Origin: Prevotella sp. UBA2711
GTDB lineage: Bacteria > Bacteroidota > Bacteroidia > Bacteroidales > Bacteroidaceae
Direction of reading: 5' to 3'
NCBI GenBank assembly: GCA_002354095.1
Contig: DEKX01000037.1
Location: 66,525-130,524, forward strand
Length of the DNA: 64,000 nucleotides
The first letter of the stretch is position 1, and every line of letters begins with the position of its first letter. A program made the position numbers and the translations under genes. The notes beneath the pieces are model-generated. The model made no database searches. It was not told the DNA's origin and saw nothing but the letters and a program-made list of their open reading frames with translations. Positions 60,636 through 64,000 of the stretch are shown in pieces.

Positions 60636-62149
60636 TTCTCTTCCAACATCTTATACAGTTCACTATAACCCTTCAGATATTCTCCTTCTGTCTTTTCAAG
60701 ACGAGTAAGGATGTCTGCAACAGGTTCGTACTCTACCTTCTCCCTCTCTATCTCCTTGTACTTGTTGATAGACAGGTCGTAGTTGTTCTGGCGAATCTCT
60801 TCCACAGGAACAAAGAAGCTCTGCTCCTTGCGACTGCGAGACTCTTCTGCCTTCAGATTGTTGTAGCGAGCTACCACATCAGGAATATCGTTCTCGCTGA
60901 TAGGACTTCGCTTATCGTCAAGACTGAAGCCATCGGCCTTCATGTCGTAGAACCACACCTTGTCCGTGCCACCACTATTTGTCTTTGAGAAGACCAGAAC
61001 GGCAGTACTTACTCCAGCGTATGGCTTGAAGACGCCACTTGGCATAGAGATGACAGCCTTTAGTTGCTGGTTATCTACAATCTCTTGACGAATGGCGATG
61101 TGGGCCTTGCTGGTGCCAAACAATACGCCATCAGGAACAATGCTGGCACAACGGCCTCCGACCTCCAAAGAGCGAACAAACTGAGCAAGGAACAAGAGTT
61201 CTGTCTTACTCGTATTGGCATAGGCAAGAATCTTCTTGTTTACATTGCCCTTGTCCAGGCTGCCTGCAAAAGGAGGATTTGCCATGATGAGCGTATAGCA
61301 ACTCTGATCATCATTCTGTTCTGACAAAGAGTCGCGCCAAGCAAGTTCTGGAGCAGTAATGTCATGAAGAAGAAGGTTCATGGCACCTATTCGAAGCATC
61401 GTCTGGTCTGTATCGTAACCATTAATCATCGATGTCTTCATGTGATGCACTTCTTCTGCTGCATACAAGGCCGACCCATAATGCTCCTTGATATACTTGA
61501 CTGCTTCCACAAGGAATCCTGCGCTACCCATTGCTGGGTCGCAGATATAGTCTTTGGGGGTTGGCTCCATCATTTCCACAATCATGCGGATGATGTGGCG
61601 AGGAGTACGGAACTGACCATTAGTGCCTGATGCAGCCATCTTGCCAAGGATGTACTCATAGACATCGCCCATAGCATCACGATTGTTCATGTCGAGGGCA
61701 TCCACACCATCAACCACCTTTGTAAGGGTGCGAGCATTGGGGATAAGGAATATGGCAGACTTCATATAGCGACTGTAGGCGCTCTCCTCACCCGTTCCGA
61801 TATGCTTGATAAACTCAAACACACTCTGGCGAACAATCTTGAACATATTGTCAGAGCCAAAGTTCTTAAACACATGCCAGCGAAGATTCTCGTATGGAAC
61901 ACCCTTCTTCTCTTCGTCAGAAACAGCCTCAGGATTCACCCATAGCTGTCCGTCGAGGAATGTGGGGTTTTGGACTTCTGCGCCCCAGTCTCGAGCATTC
62001 TCCTCTTCTTGCAGCTGCTTGTCATCTAGCAACTTCATGAAGAAGATATAGGTCATCTGCTCCAATACTGTTATGGGATTAGTAATACCTGCCACAAAGA
62101 AGGTATCCCAAATCTGGTCAATCTTATTCTTTATCTCGCCTGTAATCAT
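60632..62149 (-). CDS. hsdM: Type I R-M N6-adenine methyltransferase
   Basis: GQFRTPRHI, DPAMGSAGFL, NPPF, VPDGVLFG. Confidence 0.96.
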   Translation of the reverse strand: MITGEIKNKIDQIWDTFFVAGITNPITVLEQMTYIFFMKLLDDKQLQEEENARDWGAEVQNPTFLDGQLWVNPEAVSDEEKKGVPYENLRWHVFKNFGSDNMFKIVRQSVFEFIKHIGTGEESAYSRYMKSAIFLIPNARTLTKVVDGVDALDMNNRDAMGDVYEYILGKMAASGTNGQFRTPRHIIRMIVEMMEPTPKDYICDPAMGSAGFLVEAVKYIKEHYGSALYAAEEVHHMKTSMINGYDTDQTMLRIGAMNLLLHDITAPELAWRDSLSEQNDDQSCYTLIMANPPFAGSLDKGNVNKKILAYANTSKTELLFLAQFVRSLEVGGRCASIVPDGVLFGTSKAHIAIRQEIVDNQQLKAVISMPSGVFKPYAGVSTAVLVFSKTNSGGTDKVWFYDMKADGFSLDDKRSPISENDIPDVVARYNNLKAEESRSRKEQSFFVPVEEIRQNNYDLSINKYKEIEREKVEYEPVADILTRLEKTEGEYLKGYSELYKMLEEK

Positions 62150-62331
62150 ATCATGTTTTAAATTAGTACTTGCAAAGATACATAATATCTTTGAGAAAAA
62201 ATCTTTTTCTACAAAATTTTTACATTAATTATTTAGAAACAGCCTTCTTCCCTCTTCCTTCTTCCCTCTCACATCGGCCCAAGGCTTGCGAAGGAAACTG
62301 ATAATTGTTTCTCCGTAAAAATCGTTAATTT

Positions 62332-62380
62332 TGCACTATCTAAGTGCGTTTTTTTTAATTTTGTGCACTACTTTAGTGCA
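62332..62380. promoter_or_regulatory. Tandem operator-like palindromes in the hsdM/AAA divergent region
   Basis: TGCACTA-tct-AAGTGC at 62332 and perfect TGCACTA-ctt-TAGTGCA at 62364. Confidence 0.5.
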
Positions 62381-62414
62381 ATTTTACTATATTTGCAGCA
62401 AAAATATAACGATT

Positions 62415-63587
62415 ATGGATATTTCGCTTATTGAATTCATGGAGAGTCAGTTGAAGTTAACCACTTCAACATTCCATAGATATATGTACAATCAAGTGAG
62501 TTGGGAGTCGAGAATGTTCGGACTTGTTGGCCCACGTGGTGTAGGAAAGTCAACAATGATCCTGCAATACATCAAGCAGAACAGAGACAAGCGACACATG
62601 TTCTATGTTGCTGCTGACCATCTGTATTTCTCAACCCACACACTTATCGACACTGTAGACGAGTTTGTAAAAGACGGTGGTGAGCAGATATTTATTGACG
62701 AGATTCATAAATATGAGAACTGGTCGCGAGAATTGAAACTCATATACGACTCTCATCCAGACTTAAAGGTGGGATTCACTGGATCGTCCATATTAGATAT
62801 CACAAAAGGAGCATCCGACCTGAGCCGACGTACGCTGATATTTACCATGCAGGGACTTTCGTTCCGAGAATATCTGGCATTGTTTCATAACATAACCGCC
62901 CCAGTATATACCTTCAACGAAATTCTGGAGCATAAGGCAAAACTCGATGCCGTGAACCATCCTCTGCCATTATTCAGAGATTATCTGAAAAACGGCTATT
63001 ACCCATTTGCAAGTGAGGGCAACTATGAAATGCGCTTGCGTCAGGTTATCAACCAAACAATGGAGGTAGACATCCCCCAATACGCGAATATGAACGCCTC
63101 TACTGGCCGGAAACTGAAAAAACTATTGGCCGTTATAGCACAGAGCGTACCCTTTAAGCCTGTCATGGAGTCGTTGGCCACCGTGATAGGTGTAAGTCGC
63201 AATTTGCTGCCCGACTATTTCCTCTACATGGAACAGGCGGGTATGATAGGACAACTGCGCGACGATACTGGCGGCATACGTGGCTTAGGGAAGGTTGAGA
63301 AAGTCTATCTTGACAACACGAACCTGGCCTATCTTCTTGGGCATGAGAGTGCCGACATTGGCAACATTCGCGAGACTTTCTTCTATAATCAAATGCGTGT
63401 AACGACTGATGTCATTAATTCGCGTATCAGCGATTTCGAAATAAACGGCAAGACCTTTGAGGTGGGCGGAAAGAGTAAGAAACAGAAGCAGATACAAGAT
63501 GCGGCCCAAGGCTACGTGGTAAAAGATGATATCGAAACAGGTCATGGAAACATCATTCCCCTTTGGCAATTTGGATTGACTTATTAG
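62415..63587 (+). CDS. AAA_14 ATPase with DUF4143-like C-terminus
   Basis: GPRGVGKS, IFIDEIHKY, FTGSS, EKVYLDNTNL, RETFF, FEVGG. Confidence 0.88.
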   Translation: MDISLIEFMESQLKLTTSTFHRYMYNQVSWESRMFGLVGPRGVGKSTMILQYIKQNRDKRHMFYVAADHLYFSTHTLIDTVDEFVKDGGEQIFIDEIHKYENWSRELKLIYDSHPDLKVGFTGSSILDITKGASDLSRRTLIFTMQGLSFREYLALFHNITAPVYTFNEILEHKAKLDAVNHPLPLFRDYLKNGYYPFASEGNYEMRLRQVINQTMEVDIPQYANMNASTGRKLKKLLAVIAQSVPFKPVMESLATVIGVSRNLLPDYFLYMEQAGMIGQLRDDTGGIRGLGKVEKVYLDNTNLAYLLGHESADIGNIRETFFYNQMRVTTDVINSRISDFEINGKTFEVGGKSKKQKQIQDAAQGYVVKDDIETGHGNIIPLWQFGLTY

Positions 63588-63683
63588 GGCGAAACGGTGC
63601 TGGTTACACGGTGTCTGTCCCTGTGTCACTTACGCATCGCTTCGCTTACAAGTAGTCTTGTGGTAGACGTACTCTGCTAAATT

Positions 63684-64000
63684 TTAATATCTTTCAAGAG
63701 TTTCGGTGATTATTTGCCGCATCTTTTCGCGGAGTTCCAGTGGTTCGAGCACTTCAATACCATTGCTGTGGCGCAACAGTTCGCCCAGGAAATCACTGGT
63801 CGGACGGATGTCGAACGAGAAATCGGTGTAGTCGGGCGTAGATTCGAGCTCCTGCTGGGAGTGATGCAGGGGCAGCGTGCGCAGGTAGTTGGGCATCCAC
63901 TTGTGGGCACGTAAGATGACGTGGGTCAATGGCGTGTCGTCTGTCAGTACCCCAAAATACTCAGAGAAATAACTCTGTGCCGAGAAGTCGGCAGGCATCT
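63684..64000 (-). CDS. WYL-domain regulator, C-terminal part (partial)
   Basis: YFGV.., YLRTLPLHHSQ, F...LL.HS.GIEVLEP.ELR: typical WYL/WCX C-terminus. Confidence 0.85.
   Translation of the reverse strand, partial: MPADFSAQSYFSEYFGVLTDDTPLTHVILRAHKWMPNYLRTLPLHHSQQELESTPDYTDFSFDIRPTSDFLGELLRHSNGIEVLEPLELREKMRQIITETLERY

Noticed and set aside
63588-63683. Repeat-like spacer (GTGTCTGTCCCTGTGTCAC, CATCGCTTCGCT)
   Set aside because: Single copy in this window, with no clear stem or terminator to support a call.
50540-64000. att sites or integrase bounding the island
   Set aside because: No recombinase gene, tRNA or matching terminal repeat was found by eye; the right boundary is outside the window.

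Overview
Bacteroidota chromosomal segment, most likely a Prevotella/Xylanibacter-type anaerobe. Evidence: TAnnTTTG -7 promoter boxes, A-rich leaders without Shine-Dalgarno sites, Bacteroidales gene order. Left to right: (1) 1-3.8 kb, an AT-rich trio of secreted/membrane hypothetical genes, the first running off the window and missing from the ORF track; (2) 4-22 kb, housekeeping and metabolism (HD protein, oxaloacetate decarboxylase/carboxyltransferase, GH43, queF-yhhQ under a preQ1-I riboswitch, tlpA, pth, rplY, nusB-yajC-coaE, aroB, UDP-GlcA decarboxylase); (3) 22.4-28.1 kb, a cobalamin-riboswitch-controlled operon of two TonB-dependent receptors flanking a CbiK-like lipoprotein; (4) a TPR/PP2C sensor, then an outer-membrane barrel gene bracketed by 36-bp direct repeats; (5) 32.7-45.5 kb, an anaerobic cobalamin biosynthesis cluster with several gene fusions; (6) menB-menC-menE coupled to an ABC binding protein and permease; (7) 50.7-64 kb, an accessory island with a lysozyme-like gene, a primase/helicase, small ORFs behind two palindrome-overlapped promoters, a type I R-M system with an internally deleted YhcG gene, an AAA ATPase and a partial WYL gene. 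Short repeats (7-mers, 9-mers, a 22-bp palindromic unit, a hairpin element) sit in frame inside many proteins. No rRNA, tRNA, CRISPR array, integrase or transposase was recognised. All calls are by-eye motif recognition; no searches were run.
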